64,000 nucleotides of DNA. It comes from an uncultured Rothia sp. Lineage in GTDB: Bacteria > Actinomycetota > Actinomycetes > Actinomycetales > Micrococcaceae. Position numbers and translations under genes: made by a program. Numbering within the stretch: the first letter of the stretch is position 1; each line of letters starts with the position of its first letter. The notes under the pieces were generated by a model. That model saw nothing but the letters and a program-made list of their open reading frames with translations, had not been told where the DNA came from and did not search any database. Shown one piece after another: positions 20,378 through 30,336 of this stretch. Location: assembly GCF_963507905.1 (NCBI RefSeq), contig NZ_CAUOUU010000009.1, positions 25,889 through 89,888 of the forward strand, written 5' to 3'.

Positions 20378-20571
20378 GCTGGAGTGAGCCTTTCGTTTGA
20401 GAGATACCTAGCTCGAGTGAAACGGTACCTAGCTATTGTATCGAGAGTGTTTGCGCTCTTGGGCTTTTGTTTCCTGAGAGCGGCAAGGTTCTCAGAATAT
20501 GCAAAAACCGCTCCTCTCCCGCGGAATGCGGTTGGGGAGCGGTTTGCAACAGAATTCTGAATCTATAAAGA

Positions 20572-20919
20572 TTAGAACTCGCGCTTCTCGCGGATACGAG
20601 CAGCCTTACCGTGGCGGTCGCGCATGTAGTACAGCTTTGCACGACGGACGTCACCGCGGGTCACAACCTCGATCTTCTCGATGGAGGGAGAGTGAACGGG
20701 GAAGGTACGCTCAACACCAACGCCGAAGGAAACCTTGCGGACGGTGAAGGTCTCGCGAACGCCTGCACCCTGGCGGCCAACGACGAAGCCCTTGAAGACC
20801 TGGATACGGTGGTTCTTACCTTCAACGATCTTAACGTGAACGTTCAGGGTGTCACCGGGGCCGAATGCGGGGATGTCGTCACGGAGGGACTTCTTGTCGA
20901 GGAAGTCAAGAGTCTGCAT
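20572..20919 (-). CDS. rplS: 50S ribosomal protein L19
   Basis: [41 protein letters not shown] at 20919 with GGAG RBS. Confidence 0.97.
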   Translation of the reverse strand: MQTLDFLDKKSLRDDIPAFGPGDTLNVHVKIVEGKNHRIQVFKGFVVGRQGAGVRETFTVRKVSFGVGVERTFPVHSPSIEKIEVVTRGDVRRAKLYYMRDRHGKAARIREKREF

Positions 20920-21136
20920 AGTTGTAGATCTCCAGAGCCATCTGCCGCAGGTCAAATAGACTCAGATTGCTCTGCCCCACTGCGGGACAGAAAACTTGAT
21001 GCTTCGGACAGGATTGGTGCCCGAAGGCTGACATCGTTGGTCGCTCTCCCCCCTGCGGCAGGGGCGTGCCCGATGTCAACACAATGCTCCATTATCCCAA
21101 TGCACCCGCGTTTATGCAAGCATCCGGGGAGCACTT

Positions 21137-21706
21137 TTAGAAGGGGGGTTCGTCACTCTGGGCTCCCCCACTCTGGGATGCACCGTTCTGCACCGAAGCA
21201 CTCGGAGCGGTCATGCCCGGCGCCTCCGCGTTCTGCTGGGGTGCGTACTGAGGCGCTTCCTGCTGCACCGGATTCTGGGGCACCGGGTTCTGCAACGACA
21301 CACCCTGCTGCGGCGCGCCCTGCATGGCTCCCTCGTTGACCGTACGCTTCTCCACGGTGCGGGCGAAGGTGCTCGTACCGTAGTTCAGGTCGTGACCGAT
21401 GCCGAGGGCGTCCACTTCTACCGTGGTGCCCTGCGTGCCGTCTTCGCGGTTCCAGCGGCTAATGCGCTGACGACCGCTCACGACCAGCGGCTGCCCCTTC
21501 TCAATGGATGTGGCGATGTTCTGCGCGAGGCGGCGGTAGGCTTTCACGGTGTACCAGTTGGTGGTGCCTTCTTTCCAGGTGCCGGTGGCGTCCTGCCAGC
21601 GCGGGGTGCTGGCGAGGCGAAAGTTCACGACGGGCACCCCGTTGGGCAGGGTGCTCAGTGCCGGGTCGGAGGCGGTGAATCCGCGGATCAGGATGGTGTC
21701 GCTCAT
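21137..21706 (-). CDS. ssb: Single-stranded DNA-binding protein (secondary SsbB-type paralog)
   Basis: OB-fold motifs (FRLASTPR, W..V.A...LAQN...S..KG.P.VVSGR), acidic tail DEPPF; not in the rpsF-ssb-rpsR context. Confidence 0.88.
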   Translation of the reverse strand: MSDTILIRGFTASDPALSTLPNGVPVVNFRLASTPRWQDATGTWKEGTTNWYTVKAYRRLAQNIATSIEKGQPLVVSGRQRISRWNREDGTQGTTVEVDALGIGHDLNYGTSTFARTVEKRTVNEGAMQGAPQQGVSLQNPVPQNPVQQEAPQYAPQQNAEAPGMTAPSASVQNGASQSGGAQSDEPPF

Positions 21707-21785
21707 GGTTTCTCCTTAGAACTAGTGGGTGGGTTCCTTCACCTTGCCAGCGCTATGCCGACCTTGCACCCGGCGGTTACCGCTT

Positions 21786-21832
21786 CTGTGGATAACCTCG
21801 CGTTTTGCAGTTTTGAGTGCCGCCTGTGGATA
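21786..21832. promoter_or_regulatory. CTGTGGATAACCTCG box plus a second CTGTGGATA half-site
   Basis: 15-mer identical to that at 17894, between ssb and the divergent HNH nuclease gene. Confidence 0.55.
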
Positions 21833-22102
21833 GATTTTTTGAACTTTTCGCCCCGTTTTTTCAAAATTTACCCGTCAGTAGCACGCTCCCTGCAGAAATA
21901 TGACGACTGCTCCCCCACGGCAAAGACCCCCATCCCCCTCACCAAAACCTCCGCAACCCCTACCCCACCCGACATGGTGACAGGTATCTCAGCGTCGGGG
22001 CGGCTATTTTTGCCCTCCAGTTCACTATTTCAGCTCCGTGCCCTCTATCCTTGATGATGCGGTGCACTCAGCCGCATCCCGTCTACCCGCCTTGGAGAAC
22101 CC

Positions 22103-23005
22103 GTGAGCAAAAAGCCCGCGAACAACAACCTGCCTTCCCTGCAGGAACTTCAGCAGCTGCAACGCAACCTGCCCAAGCTGCCCGATTCGATGGACCCGCA
22201 GAAGAAGCGCCTCATTTACGGCCTGCTCGCTGTGTTTGCCGTGATCGTGCTGATTATTGGTCTGGTCTACGTGAGCAAGAACGGCGTGGACGGTCTGCTC
22301 GGCACCGATAAGAGCACCTCCTCCACCGCAGATGACGAAGAAGCGAACGTCGCAACGGAAACCCTCGCCGAGGTCAAGAACCCCTACAAGGCGGTTGACC
22401 CCGCAACCGCGCTCGCACCGGATCTGGCGACCGCGAAGAGCGAACTGGCGTCCCTACAGGTGAAGGATCGCGCCTCGAAGGCCGGCTACTCTCGCGACCA
22501 GTTCGGTCCCGCATGGGATGACGTTGACGGCAACAAGTGCAACACCCGCGACGATATTCTGCGCCGCGACCTGACCAATGTTCGTTTCAAGGTCAGGACC
22601 CACGCATGCACCGTCATCAGCGGCACTCTGGCTGACCCGTACACCGGCAAGACTATCGAGTTCAAGCGCGGTAAGAAGACCTCCTCGGCTGTGCAGATTG
22701 ACCACGTGGTGGCACTATCGAACGCATGGCAGACCGGCGCTCAGGATTTGACCGCCGAGCAGCGCCGCCAGCTGGCAAACGACCCGGAGAACCTGCTCGC
22801 CGCGGACGGCCCGGCGAACCAGCAGAAGTCCGATGCGGACGCCTCCGAGTGGCTGCCGAGCAACACCGCCTACCGCTGCACCTACGTGGCACGCCAGGTG
22901 CACGTGAAGGCGAAGTACAAGCTGTGGGTCACCGCGGACGAGAAGAAGGTCATGGAGCGCGTCCTCAACTCTTGCAAGGACACGAACCCTACTAAGAAGA
23001 AATAG
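22103..23005 (+). CDS. Membrane-anchored HNH endonuclease (DUF1524-like extracellular DNase)
   Basis: N-terminal TM (LIYGLLAVFAVIVLIIGLVYV), GYSRDQFG, CNTRDDILRRDL, QIDHVVALSNAW, NQQKSD, WLPSN, C.Y. Confidence 0.85.
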   Translation: MSKKPANNNLPSLQELQQLQRNLPKLPDSMDPQKKRLIYGLLAVFAVIVLIIGLVYVSKNGVDGLLGTDKSTSSTADDEEANVATETLAEVKNPYKAVDPATALAPDLATAKSELASLQVKDRASKAGYSRDQFGPAWDDVDGNKCNTRDDILRRDLTNVRFKVRTHACTVISGTLADPYTGKTIEFKRGKKTSSAVQIDHVVALSNAWQTGAQDLTAEQRRQLANDPENLLAADGPANQQKSDADASEWLPSNTAYRCTYVARQVHVKAKYKLWVTADEKKVMERVLNSCKDTNPTKKK

Positions 23006-23075
23006 TCCCAACCAAGAAATAGCCTCCCGGCACCGCCTCCTTACATACGGCGGCACACAAACGTAAATGCATAAA

Positions 23076-23119
23076 GAAAACCGCCCCGCACCCTGAGTTT
23101 AGGGTGCGGGGCGGTTTTC
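23076..23119. terminator. Bidirectional intrinsic terminator
   Basis: GAAAACCGCCCCGCACCCT-loop-AGGGTGCGGGGCGGTTTTC between convergent nuclease and tRNA genes. Confidence 0.8.
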
Positions 23120-23124
23120 GTATC

Positions 23125-23200
23125 TGGCGCCCCAGGAGGGAATCGAACCCCCGACCAAGAGATTAGAAGGCTCCTGCTCTATCCTCTGAGCTACTGAGGC
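23125..23200 (-). tRNA. tRNA-Arg(UCU)
   Basis: GCCTCAGTAGCTCAGAGGATAGAGC...CTTCTAA anticodon loop...GGTTCGATTCC...GGGGCGCCA. Confidence 0.95.
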
Positions 23201-23291
23201 CTTCCTCTAGGGTACATGAGAATTTGCGCTTCTCATGCACCGCACTTCTCGTACGGAAGTCGTTCCAATGGGCAATCCATCCAGCTAGCCG

Positions 23292-24965
23292 TTAGGAGCC
23301 TACCTTAGCGGCATCCCGTTCTGCCTTCTTCACCTCGCGGCGGCGTGCACGGCGGCTAGATGCGCCGGGGAACAACTGCCACCACAAGCGGATGGTGGTG
23401 CGGCGAATCTGCGTGGGGTGCAGACTCACGTACACCAGGCGGCGGGTTGCCGGGTCGAGGGCGACCAGGTAGATGATGTAGCCCAGGCAGATGACCGTCG
23501 CGATGAGTCGGCCCATGTCCTGGTTGAAGTCGCGCAGGTAGGGCGAAACGTTCAGCTGGTCGCTCACACCGTACGCCATGAAGAACAGCGTGGTGATGAA
23601 GTACCACATGAGCTGGAAGTGCGAGCGCAGGCCGGTTGCGGCGAGCATCGGGATTGCCCAGAGCAGGTACCAGGGCTGAATCATGGGGCTGCACAGGAGC
23701 ATGAACAGGATGGCGAGGCCGGCGTGGCGCACGATGTTGCGGTCACGTCCAACAAATGCCATGGCTACCGCGCCGAGCATACCGATGCCCTTGCCGACGG
23801 TTTCGATGAGCTTGCGGATGACCTCGAAGGCATCACCCTGAACGAACAGGGATGCTGCGCCGATGACCAGGCCGAAGGGGGTGTACCAGATGTACTGGCC
23901 GCCGGTGGTGGACAGTGCCTTGATCCAGCCGAATTCCAGTCCGGTTGCCCAGCCCATGAGCGCCATTTCGGCAAGCAGCAGCACGCCGGAGAGCGCCCAG
24001 AAGATGAACTTGCGCGGCCAGGAGGCGTTCTTACCCGCCCAGAGCAGACCCACGAAGGGCAGCACCACGAGGGCGAGCGGCTTGACGGCAACGCCGAGAG
24101 CTACGAAGGTCACGCCGAGGGGTCCGCCCCATCGGGTGTCGCGGTAGCGCTTGGCGTAGTAGAGGCCGCCGAGCATGAACATGGTCATGAGCGAGTCGTT
24201 GTGGCCGCTGGCGATGAACGATGCGATGAACAGCGGGTTCGGGCCGATCTGCCAGAGGGCGCGGACCTGGTTGAAGCCGTGCGCCTTGGCGAGCTTTGCC
24301 ACGTAGAAGAGGATGCCGATAACCGCGAGCACGGAGAGCAGGCGGAAGTAGAAGAGGGAGAGGTCGATGTTCTCCCCCGCCAGGCGCACGATCCACTCTT
24401 CGAGTTTGAGTGAGACCGGGCCGTACGGCGGCGGGGATTCCGCCCACATGGGGTCCGCGCCGTTCTGCATGAAGTTCGAGATTTCGGAGACACCGTGCTT
24501 GTACGGGTTGAGGCCGTGCGCCATGACCATGCCCTGACCGTAGTAGGAGAACATGTCGCGGCTGTAGATGGTGAACGCGAAGACCTGTGGCAGGGACCAG
24601 CTGACGGTGACGGCAATCATCCACCGCATGGTGTTGGGTTCGTTCCAGTCGCCCATTTTCTGGTAGATGCGCAGCCATTCACGGCACATGATCATGGCGC
24701 CGAGGGCGAGCAGAATAATGCCGGTGATGACCCACGCGGCTTCGAATCGGATGGCGCGAATAATTTCGTAACGCCAGAAGTTGGAGCTGTCGGCGAGCCA
24801 GCCGACGGCGTAGGAGCCGAGGGTGACCATGATGGAGCCGATGGTGCCGATAATCAGCGTGCGCAGACGGTGATTATTGACGTAGTCCAAGAGTTTGGGT
24901 GAGAGAGGTGCGTCGTGTGCGCCGGGGGTGGTGAGCCGGTGTGCTAGCTCCTTTGGTGCGCGCAT
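23292..24965 (-). CDS. mptB: Polyprenol-phosphomannose-dependent alpha-(1->6)-mannosyltransferase (GT-C, MptB/MptA-like)
   Basis: Multi-TM protein with YSRDMFSY, PYGP, NPL....SGHND, K..A, QPWYLLW; start at MRAPKEL after a GGAG RBS. Confidence 0.82.
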   Translation of the reverse strand: MRAPKELAHRLTTPGAHDAPLSPKLLDYVNNHRLRTLIIGTIGSIMVTLGSYAVGWLADSSNFWRYEIIRAIRFEAAWVITGIILLALGAMIMCREWLRIYQKMGDWNEPNTMRWMIAVTVSWSLPQVFAFTIYSRDMFSYYGQGMVMAHGLNPYKHGVSEISNFMQNGADPMWAESPPPYGPVSLKLEEWIVRLAGENIDLSLFYFRLLSVLAVIGILFYVAKLAKAHGFNQVRALWQIGPNPLFIASFIASGHNDSLMTMFMLGGLYYAKRYRDTRWGGPLGVTFVALGVAVKPLALVVLPFVGLLWAGKNASWPRKFIFWALSGVLLLAEMALMGWATGLEFGWIKALSTTGGQYIWYTPFGLVIGAASLFVQGDAFEVIRKLIETVGKGIGMLGAVAMAFVGRDRNIVRHAGLAILFMLLCSPMIQPWYLLWAIPMLAATGLRSHFQLMWYFITTLFFMAYGVSDQLNVSPYLRDFNQDMGRLIATVICLGYIIYLVALDPATRRLVYVSLHPTQIRRTTIRLWWQLFPGASSRRARRREVKKAERDAAKVGS

Positions 24966-25203
24966 AACTCCCTTTCTGTCTGCATCGTCGTTCTGGTTTT
25001 TATCATACCGGAGCCCTTGGATGCACTTGCGAGAATCACTGTTGCGAAGGCACTTGTGGACGTTCCTCAAGGGCCCGCAGAGGGGTGCAGTTCTCCCCCA
25101 TTGCCGCCGTTTGCCCATCCGCCTGTGCCGTCTTGCACCATCTTGTGCCCTTTTGTGACGTGCTACCCGCCGGGTCGGCGGCGTTTGGGGGTAGAGTGGG
25201 AGG

Positions 25204-25890
25204 GTGAGTATTTCTAGTGAACGTATTGTATGGATTGACTGCGAGATGACCGGCCTGGACGTGGAGAACGACGCTCTCGTCGAGGTGGGTGTTCTGGTCA
25301 CGGATGCCGATTTGAACATTCTGGGTTCTGGCGTTGAGTTCGTCATTAAGCCCGGTGATGAGTCTCCTGCCGGTGCGCTGGAGAACATGAATGACTTTGT
25401 CCGTTCGATGCATGAGGCGTCGGGTCTGCTGCCCGATATTGAGCACGGTGTGTCGATGGATTACGCGCAGGAGCAGGTGCTTCGCTACATCAAGAAGTAT
25501 GTTCCGGTGGCGGGCAAAGCGCAGCTGGGCGGCAACTCGGTGGGCATGGATAAGCGTTTCTTGGAGCGCTACATGCCCGAGGTCATGGCGCACCTTCACT
25601 ACCGCGTGATTGATGTGTCGACCATTAAGGAGCTGGCGGCGCGCTGGTACCCGGCGGCTCGTCATAGCGCCCCTGCGAAGACCGGTAACCACCGCGCACT
25701 GGGCGATATCAAGGACTCGATTGATGAGTTGAAGTATTACCGCCGCGCCATTTTTGTGCCGCAGGGCCCGGACGCGATTGCTTCGGCGCAGATTGCGCGT
25801 GAGGTGGAGGCTGAGCGTGCCGCACGCGAGGCGGCTGAGCGCGAGGCTGAGGCATCCGCTTCTGAGGCGGCAGAGGCGTCCGAGGCGTAA
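25204..25890 (+). CDS. orn: Oligoribonuclease
   Basis: VWIDCEMTGLD, GNSVGMDKRFL, HYRVIDVSTIKEL, HRALGDI; TAGAGT 6 nt before the GTG suggests a leaderless transcript. Confidence 0.96.
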   Translation: MSISSERIVWIDCEMTGLDVENDALVEVGVLVTDADLNILGSGVEFVIKPGDESPAGALENMNDFVRSMHEASGLLPDIEHGVSMDYAQEQVLRYIKKYVPVAGKAQLGGNSVGMDKRFLERYMPEVMAHLHYRVIDVSTIKELAARWYPAARHSAPAKTGNHRALGDIKDSIDELKYYRRAIFVPQGPDAIASAQIAREVEAERAAREAAEREAEASASEAAEASEA

Positions 25891-25995
25891 GCACAGCATG
25901 TAACGAGCATCACGGCTTTTCAACTTGGCAGGTTTCTGAATCTCCTGTACAGTAGTATCCGTTGCATATCGCAAGGGAAACCAAGCGAAGCACAT

Positions 25996-26069
25996 GGTGG
26001 TCGTAGCTCAGTTGGCAGAGCGCCTGGTTGTGGTCCAGGAGGTCGCGGGTTCAACCCCCGTCGATCACC
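25996..26069 (+). tRNA. tRNA-His(GUG)
   Basis: G-1 plus GTGGTCG...TTGTGGT anticodon loop...GGTTCAA...CGATCAC C; CCA end not encoded. Confidence 0.95.
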
Positions 26070-26299
26070 CCGATGGAAAGGGTCGTTATGGTTATCCGTA
26101 ACGGCCCTTTCGCTTTACCCTCTGTTCGCGTTATCCCCTGTTCGGTTGCCCCGCACACGGTTTACCGGAATAGAGCTTTTACACCCGCACTTTAAACCAG
26201 CGAGCGGGAACAGGGCACGCCCCGCATCCTCATGCGACAGGGGCACCCGGCAAGTTCCCGTTCAGCAGTTCCCGTTCAACACAAGCAAAGGATAATTCC

Positions 26300-26872
26300 G
26301 TGGCTATTCGCCCCATCGTTATTCACGGCAACCCCGTTCTGCACCGCCCCGCGGCACCCGTCACCGAGTTTAATGATGAACTCAAGGAGCTCGTGGCTGA
26401 CATGTACGAGACCATGGACGCATCCAACGGTGTGGGCCTGGCGGCACCGCAGATTGGTGTGGGTCTGCGCATCTTCACCTACAAGATGGAGAATGAGGAC
26501 GGCGTTCCCCCGCGCGGCTGCATCATCAACCCGGTACTGACCCTGGGCAAGATTTCTACCGCTGACCCGGACCCGTACGAGGAGGAGGAGGGCTGCCTGT
26601 CCTTCCCCGGTTACGGCTTCCCCCTCAAGCGCGCCGAGTGGGTGACCGTGAACGGTCTTGACGAGCACGGCAACCCCGTCCACTTTGAGGCGACCGGCTG
26701 GTTCGCACGCTGCATGCAGCACGAGACCGATCACCTGGACGGCAAGCTGTACGTGAACCGCCTAAATAAGAAGTGGACCAGCAAGATGAAGAAGGTCGTG
26801 AAGAAGGAAGGCTGGACCGTCGACGGTAACTCGTGGATGCCCGGCGTGGATCCGGACCCGTTCGGCCACTAA
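26300..26872 (+). CDS. def: Peptide deformylase
   Basis: GVGLAAPQIG, EGCLS, QHETDHLDG. Confidence 0.96.
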   Translation: MAIRPIVIHGNPVLHRPAAPVTEFNDELKELVADMYETMDASNGVGLAAPQIGVGLRIFTYKMENEDGVPPRGCIINPVLTLGKISTADPDPYEEEEGCLSFPGYGFPLKRAEWVTVNGLDEHGNPVHFEATGWFARCMQHETDHLDGKLYVNRLNKKWTSKMKKVVKKEGWTVDGNSWMPGVDPDPFGH

Positions 26873-27029
26873 TCGCTGGCTCACCCAAGTTTCTAAGCCC
26901 CTCCAGCTTTCGGCAGAGGACTCTTAGACAGAGCTTAAAACGAAGACCGCGAATGCACTCTCAAGGCGCATTCGCGGTCTTCGTTTTCCCATCAGCCGAT
27001 GATGTTTTCCATCAGCCAACGGTAGCGTG

Positions 27030-27437
27030 AAACGGGTCATCCTATGAGCCGGGTTCTGTCTAAAACGCCGCCCGAAGGGGCGTTTCGAGGCAATCATCTA
27101 TCTAGAACGTACGTTGCCGCACGTCTCAAGCAGTCTACCCGAATACGCACCCCACCTCCGTGAAGGAAGCTGACGGGGATCGGGCGCACTACCCTACCAT
27201 GGCGTATTCTGTTTGACCTTGCTCCGAATGGGGTTTACCTAGCCGGGCACGTCACCGCGCCCGCTGGTGGTCTCTTACACCACCCTTTCACCCTTACCGC
27301 GGCGAACCGCGGCGGTTTACTTTCTGTGGCACTGGCCTGCGGGTTACCCCGAGTGGATGTTATCCACCATCCTGTGCTGTGGAGCCCGGACTTTCCTCGA
27401 AGCACGTGTGCCTCGCGATTGCCCAGACGGCCCGTTT
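27030..27437 (-). ncRNA. rnpB: RNase P RNA (type A)
   Basis: Minus strand GAGGAAAGTCCGGGCTCC...GGTAAACCCC...GACAGAACCCGGCTCATAG, with terminal P1 pairing. Confidence 0.96.
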
Positions 27438-27606
27438 CACCCAACCCATTATACGCACACCCTTGGAGGTGGCTATTTTCCGGGTTCGTTTCGCGGGTAC
27501 ACGGGGATACGAGGAGGCGCACAAGCAGCCTCGCGGGCATATGCAGGAACCTCGCAACTACACTGCGCCTCGTAGCTACCCTGCGTCTCGCGGGTACACT
27601 GGAGAG

Positions 27607-28398
27607 ATGCTGATTCTTCTTCCCCCGTCTGAAGGTAAGACCCCCGCCCCGGCTGGCAACGCGCCCGTATGCTTCGCTGACCTCTCGTTCCCTGAGCTGA
27701 CCGCCGAGCGTGAGAGCGTCCTGGAGGAGCTGGCGGCAGTTAGCTCGGGCCCCGATGCTCTCACGGAGCTCAAGGTGGGTGCATCCCTCGCAGCAGAGGT
27801 GGAACGCAATACCCGCTTGCTGACCGAACCGGCACAGCCCGCGATCCGCACCTACACGGGTGTGCTCTTTGAGGCGCTGGATTATGCGAGCTTCTCCCCC
27901 GCCGAACGCGATGCCACGCACTGGTCGCTACTGATTTCTTCGGCACTGTGGGGTATTCTGCGCCCCGAAGACGCAATCCCCGCCTACCGCCTCTCGATGG
28001 GCGTGAAGCTGGGATCGGTGGGTGCGCTCGCCTCCTTCTGGAAAGGTGCGCTGGGTACTGCTCTGGAGTCGACTGCGAAGGACCAGCTGATTCTGGACTG
28101 CCGTTCTGCCGCCTACGCGAAGTCGTGGGTGACTCCCCCGTCGCAGACTCTGGCGGTTCGTGTGGAGCGTGTGGCTGCTGATGGTTCGCGTAAGGTCGTC
28201 TCGCACATGGCGAAGCATTACCGCGGCCTGTTTGCACGCTACCTGATTCAGTCGGGTTTGGCGGCTCGTCCAATTGATGGCTCTACGGCTGGTATTGCCG
28301 AATTTTTGGAAGCGGTCAGCGAGGATTGGTCGGTGGAGTGTACCCTGCCGACGGCGCGTAAGGCGGGTATTTTGACGCTGCTGGTGCATGAGCAGTAG
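27607..28398 (+). CDS. yaaA: YaaA family peroxide-stress protein (DUF328)
   Basis: MLILLPPSEGK, YTGVLFEAL, IPAYRLSM, DCRSAAY, VVSHMAKHYRG; TACACT 6 nt before the ATG suggests a leaderless transcript. Confidence 0.9.
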   Translation: MLILLPPSEGKTPAPAGNAPVCFADLSFPELTAERESVLEELAAVSSGPDALTELKVGASLAAEVERNTRLLTEPAQPAIRTYTGVLFEALDYASFSPAERDATHWSLLISSALWGILRPEDAIPAYRLSMGVKLGSVGALASFWKGALGTALESTAKDQLILDCRSAAYAKSWVTPPSQTLAVRVERVAADGSRKVVSHMAKHYRGLFARYLIQSGLAARPIDGSTAGIAEFLEAVSEDWSVECTLPTARKAGILTLLVHEQ

Positions 28399-28774
28399 GT
28401 TGCCCAACTATTTGTTTCCGCTTATTTTTTGCATCATATTGAAAATTTTTTAACTATTTTTCTAGTGGCTTAAATCTGTATTACCCCTTGTAAAACCACA
28501 TTTCCCCACATTTTAGGGGTAGCTTTTGATGAGCAGAGAAGGCGGTTAGTGTCCAACTATCCGCCTTCTTTTTGCGAGTAAAAATGTTTATAGTATTAAA
28601 CGGCTCGCCATTGATGGTGGGTATTTCACTCACAAACACTCATATTCTCAACTCAGCACACATGGAAACACGTCACGCCACGTACGTATAGCAAACGACT
28701 AGAGGCTTACCCAACGGTTATTGGTTTGCTAGCGTAGAAGTAACCACTCAGAAACACATCGATGGGACAACGAT

Positions 28775-29845
28775 ATGTCTAATTTTTCCTCTCGTCGCGC
28801 CCTCATTAAGGGTGCGGCAGCGCTAACAGTCGCCGGCGCGTTGGGCGCACACCATGCCGGTGAGCAGGGCGCTCAGGCTGCCACCTTGGACGTTAAGACT
28901 ACTCCGCTGACGTTCAAGATTACTGAGGCGTCGTTTGATATTAGCGGCTTCAACCTCAGCTACGAGATTACCGGCCTGCAGGCCGTGATTGATAGCGGCC
29001 TGTACACCCCGTACATTGAGGTTGGCTACTACACCAAGGAGAAGGGCTTCACCCAGTTCTATTTCTTCTCTCTTGAGCCGAAGAAGCGCATCGAGAATGA
29101 TGTCTACATTAGGCATCACGTCATTGATCCTGAGATCACCGGTGGCCCGAATGCAGACTTTGGTGTTCGCCTGTCTCTTCGTCCGCGCCGTGAGCAGTAC
29201 ACCATTCTGCGCACTCTTGAAGTTCGCCCCAAGATTGACACGGAGTTCGCGTGGGCACCTTTCATTGTGGACATTGATATGGATGGCGAGTACGCCCCCG
29301 ATATCTACAGGTCATGTAAGGCAAAGGTTCTGCTGCTCGATAAGGAACGTTGCTTCTACCCTAAGCGTGCGGTGACCCGTGGCGACCTGATGGATGCAAT
29401 CTACCGAGGCGCCCGCTCGCCGAAGGTGAAGCTTCCTGCGCGTTCTCCTTTCCCGGATTTGTCTCCGAAGGATGAGCGTTACCCGGCGTATATTTGGGCG
29501 TATCAGAACGGTCTGACTTCCGGCTGGTCTGACGGTAAGATGCACCCGGAGGCGGTGGCTAGCCGCGCTACGATGGCTGCGTTCTTCTACCGTTACTTTA
29601 TGCTTACCCCCGGTCGTCGTTCTTATTGGTTCCGTCCCACTACCCCGCAGGATATGAAGCCGGGTGCCCCGTTCTACACCGAGTCGGTGTGGCTGCACTC
29701 GTCGGTGAATATCGATACGAGATATCACTATAAGAGCAAGGATTTCCGTCCGACCAAGACTGCTACCCGCGAGGAGCTGGCTCGTGTCCTGTCAATGCTC
29801 GACATGCTTGACACCATCCCCAGTAGCCCCTATATCGATGATTAG
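28775..29845 (+). CDS. SLH-domain surface protein 1 (Tat signal)
   Basis: SRRALIKG twin-arginine signal; C-terminal SLH-like repeats (TRGDLMDAIY, SPFPDL, GWSDGKMHP, TREELA). Confidence 0.8.
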   Translation: MSNFSSRRALIKGAAALTVAGALGAHHAGEQGAQAATLDVKTTPLTFKITEASFDISGFNLSYEITGLQAVIDSGLYTPYIEVGYYTKEKGFTQFYFFSLEPKKRIENDVYIRHHVIDPEITGGPNADFGVRLSLRPRREQYTILRTLEVRPKIDTEFAWAPFIVDIDMDGEYAPDIYRSCKAKVLLLDKERCFYPKRAVTRGDLMDAIYRGARSPKVKLPARSPFPDLSPKDERYPAYIWAYQNGLTSGWSDGKMHPEAVASRATMAAFFYRYFMLTPGRRSYWFRPTTPQDMKPGAPFYTESVWLHSSVNIDTRYHYKSKDFRPTKTATREELARVLSMLDMLDTIPSSPYIDD

Positions 29846-30336
29846 GATTCGGCAGGTGCCTTGAACCGTACGGTTGCCCCTGCGTGTTTTAGCTTGGGTT
29901 GACTTCTAAGAACAGCAGCTGAAGATAGTGGCCTATAGCCTATAGAAGGGGCGGTGAGAGTTTTTCTTTCACCGCCCCTTTTCGTGTGCCTGTTTTCTAG
30001 TGCGGACGCTGTTAGGCACCGTTTTTAGTGATGGTTATGTATCCAATTTTTGCCTCTCTATTGTGTGGTCTTTTGGGGGTTTGGGCTTTATCTAAAACCG
30101 GGGCGTAATTTTTGAATTTTTTGTCTTATAACTCTCATCGGCATGTTTTTCTCGTGTTTTCATTGATTGTTTAAGACGCGGGTTGGTAGGCTGAAATTGC
30201 ACTTCAGCATGCCGCCGCTACGGCTCCTCTACGATATGGATTCGGGGCGAGTTCGGTGCGGTGGACTGTCACTCATTTATCCTCTCAACTTCTTTTCTCA
30301 TTCGCCCTCTTTCATGCAGAAAATTCAGATTGGATA

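Noticed and set aside
23125..26069. tRNA-anchored genomic island
   Set aside because: No duplicated tRNA 3' end or integrase; flanking genes are housekeeping.
27235..27613. ORFs overlapping 27.0-27.45 kb and the N-terminal extension of yaaA from 27379
   Set aside because: The region is RNase P RNA; yaaA begins at the conserved MLILLPPSE (27607).
24..28407. Many long ORFs antisense to or out of frame with housekeeping genes (e.g. 2884-4344 +, 19337-20560 +, 25036-25995 -)
   Set aside because: Shadow ORFs of GC-rich coding sequence; no recognisable motifs, and they overlap confident genes.
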